A stretch of DNA of 63,329 bases, filler included, from Nitrospirae bacterium MYbin3 (GCA_002753335.1; 15 parts of 15 records of this genome joined end to end with filler, not necessarily neighbours in it), one strand, 5' to 3'; counted from the first letter of the whole stretch, positions 51,492-60,596 are shown. The notes: a model not told the origin generated them from the sequence alone. Numbers and translations are program-made.

Positions 51492-51923
51492 CTATTTTTT
51501 TATATCCTTGAAAAGGTCAAAAAAAGTCTTTGCCATATCCTTGCTCATCTCAAGCTGTTTGGCAAGCCCCTCCTGCCATGCCTCCTGTATGCCTCTGCTG
51601 CCTTCCTCAAACATCTTGAGATTCATTTTCTGCACTACCTCTTTTAGAAATGCGTTTTCTTTTTTTAATGCCTCATTTTCTTCTATGACCTCATCGTACT
51701 TCTTTCTGGGTACACAACCAAACCCGGAGTAAAATTCAGCCATTTTTTCAAAGACATCCGGCCCCATGCCGAATAAGTCCTTTTTGGCAGGTGCCGTGTT
51801 AAAGAACTTTGCCGCTGCCTGCGCACCTTCCTGCTGCATTCTCGTAAAATAGTCCATAAACATATTCTTAACAAGAGGGTTGCTGTATAAGGCTGCCAAA
51901 TCGCTCAGAAAATTTTCGTTCAC
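51492..51923 (-). CDS. Small helical protein upstream of phaEC, possibly PHA-granule associated
   Basis: GGAGG RBS with GTG start; amphipathic/coiled-coil composition; co-oriented with phaEC. Confidence 0.5.
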   Translation of the reverse strand: MNENFLSDLAALYSNPLVKNMFMDYFTRMQQEGAQAAAKFFNTAPAKKDLFGMGPDVFEKMAEFYSGFGCVPRKKYDEVIEENEALKKENAFLKEVVQKMNLKMFEEGSRGIQEAWQEGLAKQLEMSKDMAKTFFDLFKDIKK

Positions 51924-52159
51924 GGCGTCCTCCTAATTTATGCATTGAACTGACTGATCGGGAAAAAACTGTTCCGCTGAGGAACTATACAACTATTTTA
52001 TATAATAAGTCAAGAGCATTGCGACCGCTGTCAAGCCAAAATAGAAATGTCCTATTTTTNNNNNNNNNNNNNNNNNNNNNNNNNNNNNNNNNNNNNNNNN
52101 NNNTTAATTAATTAANNNNNNNNNNNNNNNNNNNNNNNNNNNNNNNNNNNNNNNNNNNN

Positions 52160-52297
52160 CGCCAAAAGATGAATATAACAATACTTGACGGCGAGGTTAC
52201 TGACAACATGAAGGCCAAGAAGTGGGATGCACGGGTTTCTCTGGTTGAAGAGTCATTCAACATAAAGCTTATGAAGCCGTCAGAGCTTGAGAAATAA
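52160..52297 (+). CDS. Hypothetical protein C-terminus (5'-truncated)
   Basis: Open frame RQKMNITILDG...KPSELEK* ending 10 nt before the next start. Confidence 0.5.
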   Translation, partial: RQKMNITILDGEVTDNMKAKKWDARVSLVEESFNIKLMKPSELEK

Positions 52298-52307
52298 GGG
52301 GGCGGCA

Positions 52308-52769
52308 ATGTCGAAGAATTTAATATTTAAAACTCTAACGCTTGCGCTCATACTGTGTTTAGTGTCGGGGCTGAGCGTATTCGCAAAAGAAAAACCCGAG
52401 ATAACCAGACATGATGTCCAGTACCTCGATCGCAAGGTTAGTGTAACCGTTCAGTGGCAGTCTCCCAATCCTGTCACTTTTGTCAGGATAAGCGCAGGAC
52501 AGGATCAGCGGGACATAAAGGTTGACGAATATGACAACCGCAGAAATCAGGACGGGTATTCGGGAGAGGTGTCCATATCCCTTAATGTAGATCCAAGGCT
52601 TTATCAGGATTCGATACCTTATGTGATCCAGATAGAGGACGATATTCGCCAGAAGAGCGAACTGATGACAGGAAAGGTAAAGATCTTTACCGCAAAAGAA
52701 AAGGATGATGATTGGGGTCAAGCGACTTCATTTCAACAAGCCAAGCAGCAACCATATCCCGGCTCATAG
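52308..52769 (+). CDS. Exported beta-rich hypothetical protein (3' end possibly chimeric)
   Basis: Signal peptide MSKNLIFKTLTLALILCLVSGLSVFA; overlaps a convergent gene by 83 nt. Confidence 0.6.
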   Translation: MSKNLIFKTLTLALILCLVSGLSVFAKEKPEITRHDVQYLDRKVSVTVQWQSPNPVTFVRISAGQDQRDIKVDEYDNRRNQDGYSGEVSISLNVDPRLYQDSIPYVIQIEDDIRQKSELMTGKVKIFTAKEKDDDWGQATSFQQAKQQPYPGS

Positions 52770-53580
52770 CATCGGCACGGACACAGGCCCATAGTAGGTT
52801 TCTCGGAAGAGACTTGCTTGCGCCCGGCTCTATAACATGAAGTCTCGCCTTTACAACCATATTGGCCTGAGAGAAATCGATGTTCTTTTCGAGTTCCAAC
52901 GGCTTATTGCCCGAGTCCTGCTTTGAGTAGCTGCCCATATCAATTGTATGAAGCTTATAAGCAACAACAAGGCCTTCTCCTTCTGTGCCCCTTCTTGCCT
53001 GTGCTCCGGTCTCAACGGTGGCTGTTCCGGTGCCCACAACATTGCCTGCGGAAACGTTTAATCCGGCCTTGGCAGACTTCTCATCCTTAATCTTGAAGTT
53101 GGCCAGCCTTAAAGCCTCGGTGATATAAGGAACCTTAGGCTCAAACGGTATATCTGCCAGACTGACCGCGCTTATTATCTCTACGCCTTCAAGCTTTGCC
53201 TTTTCTATGCTGCCGCCCTGCACGCCAACTTCGCCCTGCGGCCCTGCAATAAGCTGTCCGCCAAGCGCAATGCCTCTATTAAAAGCATAATCCTGCTGAA
53301 CATTATTAAGAGACCTTTCCTTTTTTGTTCTTATATCTCCAATGGTAGGGTCTTCTACTGGGCCGAACTGCTTGGACCATGCTGCGCCGATGTAATGCCT
53401 GTCAACAGGCTTTTTCGGAACCATGTATTCATCCTCTGTTATGGTCTCCATGCCTTTTTTGTGGCTCTCCATAGCGGTGCCGGTCGTGGTTACGCAGCCG
53501 CTCATCGCAAGAACACCCATAATTAACAAAGCAACTGATAACAAAATCCAAAATGCTTTAAATCCTAATCTACCTTTCAT
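52687..53580 (-). CDS. Lipoprotein of unknown function (3' end possibly chimeric)
   Basis: Lipobox-like AMSG-C; GAGG RBS. Confidence 0.65.
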   Translation of the reverse strand: MKGRLGFKAFWILLSVALLIMGVLAMSGCVTTTGTAMESHKKGMETITEDEYMVPKKPVDRHYIGAAWSKQFGPVEDPTIGDIRTKKERSLNNVQQDYAFNRGIALGGQLIAGPQGEVGVQGGSIEKAKLEGVEIISAVSLADIPFEPKVPYITEALRLANFKIKDEKSAKAGLNVSAGNVVGTGTATVETGAQARRGTEGEGLVVAYKLHTIDMGSYSKQDSGNKPLELEKNIDFSQANMVVKARLHVIEPGASKSLPRNLLWACVRADAMSRDMVAAWLVEMKSLDPNHHPFLLR

Positions 53581-53682
53581 ATAACCCCTCCTAAAATGTT
53601 TTCAAAAATATTTATGATTGCATAAAGATAACATCTCATCCATCAATTGTAAAGGTACTTTTCACATTCCGTTTTTATTATT

Positions 53683-54702
53683 CTACTTCCCCATCTGTTC
53701 TTTAAGATTCTTCTGCTTCTGTATGGATTCTCTCACCCTGCTCATTGCAGCGGTTATCATGTCATCTGGCCTGCCTATGGCCCTGTCAGCGCTGTTGTAA
53801 AGCTCAAGCGCCTTTTGCGGATCGCCTGTAACTTCGGAGCAGATGCCCAAGTTGTAAAGCACCGAAGGCGCGTTCGGCGAGGCTATACGAGCCTCACCCC
53901 ACAACTCGCAAGCCCTGTCGAGCCTGCTTGCCCTTGCGTATTCCATGCCCTGCTCTAACTTTCTTGCCGCATCGGGCGTTGTGCCGTCGGTGGATTCCAT
54001 AAGCCTGAGCTGAAGCGTCAGGTAGTAAGGCGAAACATCCTGCCTGAGCTGCACAAGGGCTGTCTTTTTTGCCTGATCTATAAGTTCGGCCGGTGTCTTC
54101 AGCGGAGTAGTGCTGTCCTGACATCCCTGTGCTGCTGCGGTAGCCGAAAGGTTGTTGGCATAAACCACTTTGCTAGTCTCTACCTCTATCAGTTTAGGCG
54201 TGAAAGAAAATGTTGCGGTTCTCTTGGTGCAGTTCACATTCTTCTTATTCCATCTTATACATTCAGAAAACAATTTTTTAGGATCTTTCTTTTCTGCGCA
54301 TTCTGAGCGCTCTTCAGTATAGTTTTGATCAACGCTCCTAGCCTCTGTTATCACACCGCTGTATATGCCCTTTGCTCCAACCATCTTTCCTATATTCGCG
54401 GCCTTGTCAGCATCCACAAGCCCGCTCTGTGAGAACTTCATCTCATTCAGCACCTGATCAAGCCTTGTCCTATCAACGATCGTAAAATACTGCTTGTCAG
54501 CTATATTCACGCCTGCCAGAACTCCTTCGAGCTCTGCCGCAAACTCCTTGCCGTATCTGCCGTCAAAAGGAAGCACCGTAACCTCTTTCAACTGCGAAGC
54601 TTCATGAAACTTGGCAGGGGCAAGCACCGTCGTCTTGACCGCAGGAGGGGCGCAGGAAATAAGCACTGAAAAAGCAACAAACAACACTATTTTTTTCATC
54701 AC
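53683..54702 (-). CDS. CsgG/HfaB-like lipoprotein with C-terminal TPR
   Basis: LIS-C lipobox; FTIVDRTRLDQVLNE...GLVD...IGKMVGA; YNLG TPR motif. Confidence 0.75.
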   Translation of the reverse strand: MMKKIVLFVAFSVLISCAPPAVKTTVLAPAKFHEASQLKEVTVLPFDGRYGKEFAAELEGVLAGVNIADKQYFTIVDRTRLDQVLNEMKFSQSGLVDADKAANIGKMVGAKGIYSGVITEARSVDQNYTEERSECAEKKDPKKLFSECIRWNKKNVNCTKRTATFSFTPKLIEVETSKVVYANNLSATAAAQGCQDSTTPLKTPAELIDQAKKTALVQLRQDVSPYYLTLQLRLMESTDGTTPDAARKLEQGMEYARASRLDRACELWGEARIASPNAPSVLYNLGICSEVTGDPQKALELYNSADRAIGRPDDMITAAMSRVRESIQKQKNLKEQMGK

Positions 54703-54717
54703 ATAAACCTCCGGAAT

Positions 54718-54988
54718 TTATTGCTTAAGATATCTTGCGGTTATAGAAGTTGAACTGAAATTGATTATCTGCAGGTTACCTTTCTGCCCCATGCTGTTGG
54801 CCAGATACACAATATTTTCGGGATAGCTTACATTAAACTCGCCAAGCCCTTTCTCTTCAACGCTTGCAACCCACGCAATATTCTGCAAGGCATCCTTTAC
54901 CTCAAAGTTGGTGTTCAGGTCCGGCACGTCGCTTATCTTCACAACCACTTTCTTAGCGATGCCTTTTATGTACTGAGACAGCTTATCA
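54718..54988 (-). CDS. Hypothetical protein C-terminus (5'-truncated), same operon as the CsgG-like gene
   Basis: The frame is open to the contig edge and co-oriented. Confidence 0.5.
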
Positions 54989-55088
54989 NNNNNNNNNNNN
55001 NNNNNNNNNNNNNNNNNNNNNNNNNNNNNNNNTTAATTAATTAANNNNNNNNNNNNNNNNNNNNNNNNNNNNNNNNNNNNNNNNNNNN

Positions 55089-55365
55089 CAAGCGCCTGGA
55101 GGCCTTTATCGTCCTCAGCGGCAAGCCCCGGGCGGTGGGTGCTGCCAAAGGCCGCGATAACTGCGGTCTTGAGGCGCATTGCTTTGATTTGTTTGAAGTA
55201 TTCAGCGTCCTTAGGGTTTGAGGCTGGCATCCCGCCTTCGATAAAGTGAATGCCGAATGCGTCGAGTTTTTCAGTTATCATGAGTTTATCTTCAAGCGTG
55301 AGGGATACGTCCTCAGCCTGAGTGCCGTCTCTTAGGGTTGTGTCGTATATCTCAATAGTCTTCAT
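55089..55365 (-). CDS. cimA: Citramalate synthase (3'-truncated)
   Basis: IEIYDTTLRDGTQAE...EGG.P.SNPKD...AAFGST. Confidence 0.85.
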
Positions 55366-55408
55366 GGGGGTTATAGTATCACATTAGCTGGTGCGGCGTC
55401 TATAATAT

Positions 55409-55486
55409 GGGGTCAGGCATGGTAATAACATAATTTATAATATTGCATTTTCATACCATATTTATGTCATTGCAAGACCTGACCTT
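55409..55486. repeat. REP/REPIN-like imperfect inverted pair (consensus GGGGTCAGGTCTTGCAATGACATAA)
   Basis: Degenerate arm at 55409-55433; inverted arm at 55462-55484. Confidence 0.55.
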
Positions 55487-55637
55487 ATCCCCTTGTCTTA
55501 TTAATGAATGTTTAGCTTGACAATGACCCCGAATTGTGATAGACTTATATATATCTGAAGTATAGCGTAGCTCTGGTTTTGCATGGAAAAAAGGTTTTCT
55601 GCATTAGATGGGAATAAGTTATCAGACGGGAGGTTGA

Positions 55638-56678
55638 ATGCTAACAAATCACTCAGAGCATACAATATCTGAAATAGTAGAAAGATTCGATAAAGATATC
55701 AAAATTAATCGTGATTATCAGAGGAGTGGCGGATTATGGCCGGATACTGCAAAAGTCTATTTTATTGATACGATTTTGGAAAAATACCCATTTCCAAAAC
55801 TTTATTTTCATCTGATATATGATAGGCACAAAAAGAAACCCATGTATGAAATCGTGGATGGGCAACAACGGGTACTTACAATTGTTGATTTTTTAAATAA
55901 TGAGCTGCGCCTATCAAATGCATCACAAAAATATAGCGGCTGTTATTTTAAAGACATGCCTGAGGAAACTCAGGATGATTTCCGTATGGTCCGCATTCAA
56001 GTTGATGTAATAGTGTCATCTGACAAGTATGAAATTCTTGAAATGTTTCGGAGGATAAATGCCTATACTGCACCACTGAACCCAGCAGAGAAGAGACATG
56101 CAAAATTTCAGGGCAAATTCAAATGGTTTGCTATCAAGCTTGCAGATAAAATAGGGGCGATAATAGAGCAATTTGGGATACTCTCACCAAAGCAAATTAT
56201 AAGAATGGACGATGTGGAATTTATTGCAGATCTTGCCATAGTTCTTGATGAGGGAATAGTTAATAAGTCTGCAAAATCTACGGATGATATTTATAAAAAA
56301 TTTGAAAAGGAATTTCCAGACGAAGATCATTACCGCGACATTATAATATCTTTCTTCGATACTCTTTCCTCCAATTTTAGCGAACTACGCGGCACCAATC
56401 TTATGAAAACATATGCTGTACATTCGTTCTTTTGTGCTTTTGCGCATATTAAATATGGAATTCCGAATGGTGAGAAATCTATTGGTTTTCCGACACCCAT
56501 GAGCGACATAAAATGTGATAAGAAGACTATCGAACAGTTGTTGGCGTTATCAGATGCTCATGAAACAAAAGATTTAGAAGGCAAGTTTGCAGAATATGTT
56601 AAAGCTTCCATAAGCACAACAACCAAGTCCGCTCAACGTATGACCAGAACAAAAACAATAGCACAGATTATTAGATAG
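55638..56678 (+). CDS. DUF262 (GmrS/ParB-like) domain protein
   Basis: DYQR...W, FIDTIL..YPFP, VDGQQR and FRRIN motifs. Confidence 0.9.
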   Translation: MLTNHSEHTISEIVERFDKDIKINRDYQRSGGLWPDTAKVYFIDTILEKYPFPKLYFHLIYDRHKKKPMYEIVDGQQRVLTIVDFLNNELRLSNASQKYSGCYFKDMPEETQDDFRMVRIQVDVIVSSDKYEILEMFRRINAYTAPLNPAEKRHAKFQGKFKWFAIKLADKIGAIIEQFGILSPKQIIRMDDVEFIADLAIVLDEGIVNKSAKSTDDIYKKFEKEFPDEDHYRDIIISFFDTLSSNFSELRGTNLMKTYAVHSFFCAFAHIKYGIPNGEKSIGFPTPMSDIKCDKKTIEQLLALSDAHETKDLEGKFAEYVKASISTTTKSAQRMTRTKTIAQIIR

Positions 56679-56680
56679 TA

Positions 56681-57328
56681 ATGACACTATTGCATCAGTG
56701 GTTTTCTAACGAAATGAGTGGCTTGCGTAATTTGATCGTCCAAATAATAGATGTTCCTGAATCTCATCGGGATTGGAGGTTTAAATATGCTTCTGTTAGT
56801 TTAATCTCGGAGCTATGGCAGGTCTGGTGCGATTTCTGCCGTGAAATAATTATCTTGTCCTGTAATGGTACGTATAACAGGGATGGCTCTCCTGTAACGG
56901 GACGTTCAGGAGATAATACTTTGCAAAGGATTGCTTATGAGTTTAAAGAGTATGCACAGAATAGAATACCCAAACCTAGTAAAGTCACTACTTTCAGTTG
57001 GCAGCAGCCTACATGGGGGGATATAGACAAGTTCCTCATTGTAATTCGTTCTTTGGGTATAGCTAACGTTGTTACTTTAACTGACGCTTTCGGTTCTTCT
57101 CTACAGGCACCCAGACATCTCCAGATTGTCCGCAACGCTTGTCAACATCTAAATACGGACAATTTCAACAAAGTGAAAGGCTTACTTCCTTTTTATTTAG
57201 CATCCCCAATAAATCATCCGTTTGAGCTAATTTGGCTCTCGTATCCCACGTCACAAAGTGCAGCTATTTTTGACTGGATAGACGAACTTGAATGGATAGC
57301 AGACTTCGCCACATCCCCAACAATATAA
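56681..57328 (+). CDS. Putative HEPN-domain protein
   Basis: Helical protein with an upstream W-x2-F-x-R-E helix and RNACQH (Rx4H); starts 2 nt after the DUF262 stop. Confidence 0.6.
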   Translation: MTLLHQWFSNEMSGLRNLIVQIIDVPESHRDWRFKYASVSLISELWQVWCDFCREIIILSCNGTYNRDGSPVTGRSGDNTLQRIAYEFKEYAQNRIPKPSKVTTFSWQQPTWGDIDKFLIVIRSLGIANVVTLTDAFGSSLQAPRHLQIVRNACQHLNTDNFNKVKGLLPFYLASPINHPFELIWLSYPTSQSAAIFDWIDELEWIADFATSPTI

Positions 57329-57370
57329 TATTGTCTTTGACGCAGGTCAGATTAATCGTGGTCATATAAG

Positions 57371-57394
57371 GGGGCGGGCCTTGCAATGACATAA
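57371..57394. repeat. REP-like copy whose 15-bp core is an exact inverse of 55462-55476
   Basis: CTTGCAATGACATAA (57380-57394) versus TTATGTCATTGCAAG. Confidence 0.7.
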
Positions 57395-57624
57395 TTATTA
57401 TAATTCTAATTGTGTCATTCATTGTAGGCCGCTGCCATATGGCAGGCAATGATGAATAAAGAAATACATAGTGCGTTTGCCCTGTGGTTGTCAGGAATTT
57501 ACGAGCCAGTAGGCCACCCGTGAAAATTATGTTTACATTTTTTATCATATAATGCTACTTTTTACGAAGTGGGGCTGCGAAGCCTCTCTGTTCAAAATAA
57601 TTATAACTTGTTGGGAGCAGTATT

Positions 57625-57819
57625 ATGAGAAAAGTAGTACTAGCGTATTCCGGTGGACTTGATACATCGGTTGCCATTAAGTGGGTTAAAGAAACTTATG
57701 ACATAGAAGTCATCGCGTTTTGCGCCGACCTTGGGCAGGGTGAAGAGCTCGACAATGTGCGCGAGAAGGCCCTCATGACCGGAGCTTCAAAGGTATATGT
57801 AGAAGACGTAAGGGAGGAA
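57625..57819 (+). CDS. argG: Argininosuccinate synthase (3'-truncated)
   Basis: [13 protein letters not shown]...ADLGQ. Confidence 0.95.
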
Positions 57820-57919
57820 NNNNNNNNNNNNNNNNNNNNNNNNNNNNNNNNNNNNNNNNNNNNTTAATTAATTAANNNNNNNNNNNNNNNNNNNNNNNNN
57901 NNNNNNNNNNNNNNNNNNN

Positions 57920-58084
57920 AGAGGCGACGAGGCCGTGTTTAAGAAGTTAAAGCAGTATGTGAGATATGGTAAGTATATAAATGAATTACACAGCTTAAAC
58001 CCTACATATAAGCCGATAATAATAGAAGATGATAAGTCGTTCAGGCTGATAGGCAAGATGTTTGCGAAGTATGTGAAGTATTAA
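57920..58084 (+). CDS. C-terminus of an S24 peptidase (phage CI/LexA-like repressor), 5'-truncated
   Basis: Manual translation DEAVFKKL...LHSLNPTYKPI...RLIGK; not in the ORF track. Confidence 0.75.
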   Translation, partial: RGDEAVFKKLKQYVRYGKYINELHSLNPTYKPIIIEDDKSFRLIGKMFAKYVKY

Positions 58085-58098
58085 GAGGAGGATACAAT

Positions 58099-59043
58099 AT
58101 GGGCATTGCTTGGAATTCAACAGAACACAGCGATAGCGAAAATTTACAATGGTGTTGGTTGCGTGCATCTGAGTGGGGATGTTGGCCGGTGTTTCTGAGT
58201 ATACCAATTGTGCCAATATTTTTGATTTTTACTAAGTGGTGGATAGTTATAGGGAGTGTTGCTATTCTATCAATACTCTGGTCGCCAATAAGGGATATTA
58301 TTGGTAATAATATAAGTATAGCCGCAGTCTCAATCGGTGCATATTTAGTTGTTCTGAAATGGATTACTTGTCCATTAGCAGCTTTTATTCTTATTTTACA
58401 TCATAAATATATCTTAGCGATAATTGCACTATTATGGCCGGTCATAGCTGGTTTTTTCCAGATTTTCTGCGGGCGAGTTCAAATAGGAATATATCAAAAT
58501 ATCTTGATGGCAAGAATAGGATGTGATTATAGTGAACCATTTAATAAAAAACATGATTTGCCATGGATTAAAAGAGATAGTGCAGAGAATGTGAATCTTG
58601 AATTTACAGTGGACGAACAGCATGAAATTCAAAAATCTTTTAATTATTTCTTGTCTGATGGTCAGCTTTATACTCCGAAAGAATGCGTTGACGAAGTGCA
58701 AAAGGCAATAGCGGCAAGAGGTTTGTCCAATTATGCTGAAGACCAAGCTTCAAATGCCAGTTTTGTCTCAGACAACAAAAAACAAGAGGAGCATATGAAT
58801 AAAGCCATCGCTGCAATTTGGAAAGCGTATAGTTTGTTCCCTTTGCCAATATATATTTATGACGCAGCTTGTTTTATTGGGATGAGCTGCAAATATGATG
58901 CCGCTGTAGCTGCTATGAAGGATTTTTTGAAACTTCAAGAAACATTTAAGCCAAATCAAGTTCACGAACTATTTCTCTCCCAAAGAGATATTAATTCTGC
59001 GATTAATGATGCCAAAGAGAAAATCCGACTATATAACAGGTAG
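58099..59043 (+). CDS. Membrane protein (about four N-terminal TM helices) with a helical/TPR-like C-terminal domain
   Basis: GAGGAGG RBS; hydrophobic residues about 25-125; AT-rich. Confidence 0.7.
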   Translation: MGIAWNSTEHSDSENLQWCWLRASEWGCWPVFLSIPIVPIFLIFTKWWIVIGSVAILSILWSPIRDIIGNNISIAAVSIGAYLVVLKWITCPLAAFILILHHKYILAIIALLWPVIAGFFQIFCGRVQIGIYQNILMARIGCDYSEPFNKKHDLPWIKRDSAENVNLEFTVDEQHEIQKSFNYFLSDGQLYTPKECVDEVQKAIAARGLSNYAEDQASNASFVSDNKKQEEHMNKAIAAIWKAYSLFPLPIYIYDAACFIGMSCKYDAAVAAMKDFLKLQETFKPNQVHELFLSQRDINSAINDAKEKIRLYNR

Positions 59044-59151
59044 GCAAATACCATTAATGGGTTTTCTTTCCCTACTTTTAAGCACATTATAATTTAATAT
59101 CCTTTAAAGTCAACAACTTATATTAGGCACAGTTTTTGCAATGTTTACTAT

Positions 59152-59670
59152 ATGCGTAAATTTGTGTTCATATTGATAATATTTATTTATGTTTTTACTG
59201 GTGAGGCCGCTGACCTCGTATTAAACAATGCCCCTGTAACGGTTTGTTTTAGTCCACAGGATGGCTGTACGAAGGCTATTGTGCAGGCAATTGGCAATGC
59301 ACGCAATGAGATATTTGTTCAGGCGTATGGTTTTACCAGCAAGCCGATAGCAGCAGCGCTAGCTAAGGCAAAACAAAACGGTGTGATTATCACCATTATC
59401 CTTGACAAGAGTAATCGAAAGGCCAAGCGCTCTGCTGGTAATTTCATGACAACTATTGGAATATCGACATTTATTGACTCGAAGCCTGCCAAAGCACACA
59501 ACAAGATTATGATTATCGATCAAGAGACTGTGATTACTGGCAGCTTTAACTTTACAAAAGCCGCAGAGTATTCCAATGCTGAGAATTTACTAATACTGAA
59601 ATCAAAGCCACTGGCCGCCTTGTATATCGAGAACTTTAAATCACACTTGCATCTTTCAGAGAAATATTAG
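59152..59670 (+). CDS. Nuc-like phospholipase D family nuclease with signal peptide
   Basis: FSP..GC, AYGFTS and AHNKIMIIDQETVITGSFNFT...NAEN (single HKD motif). Confidence 0.92.
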   Translation: MRKFVFILIIFIYVFTGEAADLVLNNAPVTVCFSPQDGCTKAIVQAIGNARNEIFVQAYGFTSKPIAAALAKAKQNGVIITIILDKSNRKAKRSAGNFMTTIGISTFIDSKPAKAHNKIMIIDQETVITGSFNFTKAAEYSNAENLLILKSKPLAALYIENFKSHLHLSEKY

Positions 59671-59723
59671 GGATGTTGGATATGATGACTTCTTGCTTCC
59701 CCCGCCCAAGCGTAGCGGCAGGG

Positions 59724-59903
59724 CTATTTTCGAAACAAGCGCATCATGACCAAGATTAATGCTTGCGTACAAAACAATATGAACCCCCATTTAAGAATAT
59801 CGTTCTTGAGATTGGCTATGTCATCTTTAGTCGCAACCCGGGGACAGACTGCGCTCTTAAATAAGTTATCAATTTCTTCTAAAGATAAGGTTTTGTTTAC
59901 CAT
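59724..59903 (-). CDS. 59-aa DUF1640/CCDC90-like tail-anchored protein, missed by the ORF track
   Basis: Manual translation ...VATKDDIANLKNDILKWGFILFCTQALILVMM...; starts 1 nt after the upstream stop. Confidence 0.55.
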   Translation of the reverse strand: MVNKTLSLEEIDNLFKSAVCPRVATKDDIANLKNDILKWGFILFCTQALILVMMRLFRK

Positions 59904-59904
59904 A

Positions 59905-60252
59905 TTATTTAACCAGCCCTAACAGTTTAGATAAAAGCTCTATGGCCTTCGGGTTAGTCAACAAAAACAGCAATGCCAGCAGCATAAAATATAACTTCAG
60001 CTTACCTTCCAATCGAGTTTCGACCAACACTATGTCTGATTTAACTCCTGCAATGTCCGATTTTGTGGCAAGCCTCAGGTTTTCAATATCCGCCTTAACG
60101 GCAGCAATATCGACTTTCGTGGCAAGACCTTCAACATTAGCTATTTGTGTTACCTTTAGAGCCTCAGACAAACCCTTAGCTTGTTCCTCTGAAAAACCAG
60201 ATGCTTTCAGAGATTCTACTACCTTTAATGTGTCAAACAACAGAGCTGCCAT
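59905..60252 (-). CDS. DUF1640/CCDC90-like coiled-coil membrane-anchored protein
   Basis: FDTLKVVESLKASGFSEEQA...LATK.DI repeats and a C-terminal TM helix. Confidence 0.85.
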   Translation of the reverse strand: MAALLFDTLKVVESLKASGFSEEQAKGLSEALKVTQIANVEGLATKVDIAAVKADIENLRLATKSDIAGVKSDIVLVETRLEGKLKLYFMLLALLFLLTNPKAIELLSKLLGLVK

Positions 60253-60273
60253 AGCCTAACCCTCCATACCCTT

Positions 60274-60302
60274 ATTATACCCCAAGCCGCCCAGTCTGTC
60301 AA
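60274..60302 (-). promoter_or_regulatory. Perfect sigma70 promoter TTGACA-17-TATAAT driving the DUF1640 genes
   Basis: Exact consensus; GGAGG RBS downstream. Confidence 0.8.
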
Positions 60303-60345
60303 CGGAGTCCCGCGAATTATTTTTTTGGGGTTTACCAAAATAGTT

Positions 60346-60384
60346 CTTGACAATAATTTCCTACTATGGTAAACTATTGTCAAG
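60346..60384 (+). promoter_or_regulatory. Promoter TTGACA-17-TAAACT within a 10-bp inverted repeat, with an internal near-palindromic operator
   Basis: CTTGACAATA...TATTGTCAAG flanking TTTCCTACTATGGTAAA. Confidence 0.65.
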
Positions 60385-60405
60385 CACTAAGCAAAGGAGG
60401 TCAGA

Positions 60406-60596
60406 ATGGAAAGCAGAGCGAGGCAGAAGAGAAGAGTAGGAAATAAATGGGAAGTGGGCGAGACCGTGAAGGTCGGGTTTTTGCAGTTGCGGGTAATATC
60501 GGAATCGAAGGGCGATGTGTATGATAAGAACTGTACCATCTACCGGCTGGAATCATTAGACGGCAAAAAGCAATATGAATTTACACCCTATGTAGG
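60406..60596 (+). CDS. Small phage-like hypothetical protein (3'-truncated)
   Basis: AGGAGG RBS; WEVGETVKVGFL...YEFTPY. Confidence 0.6.
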
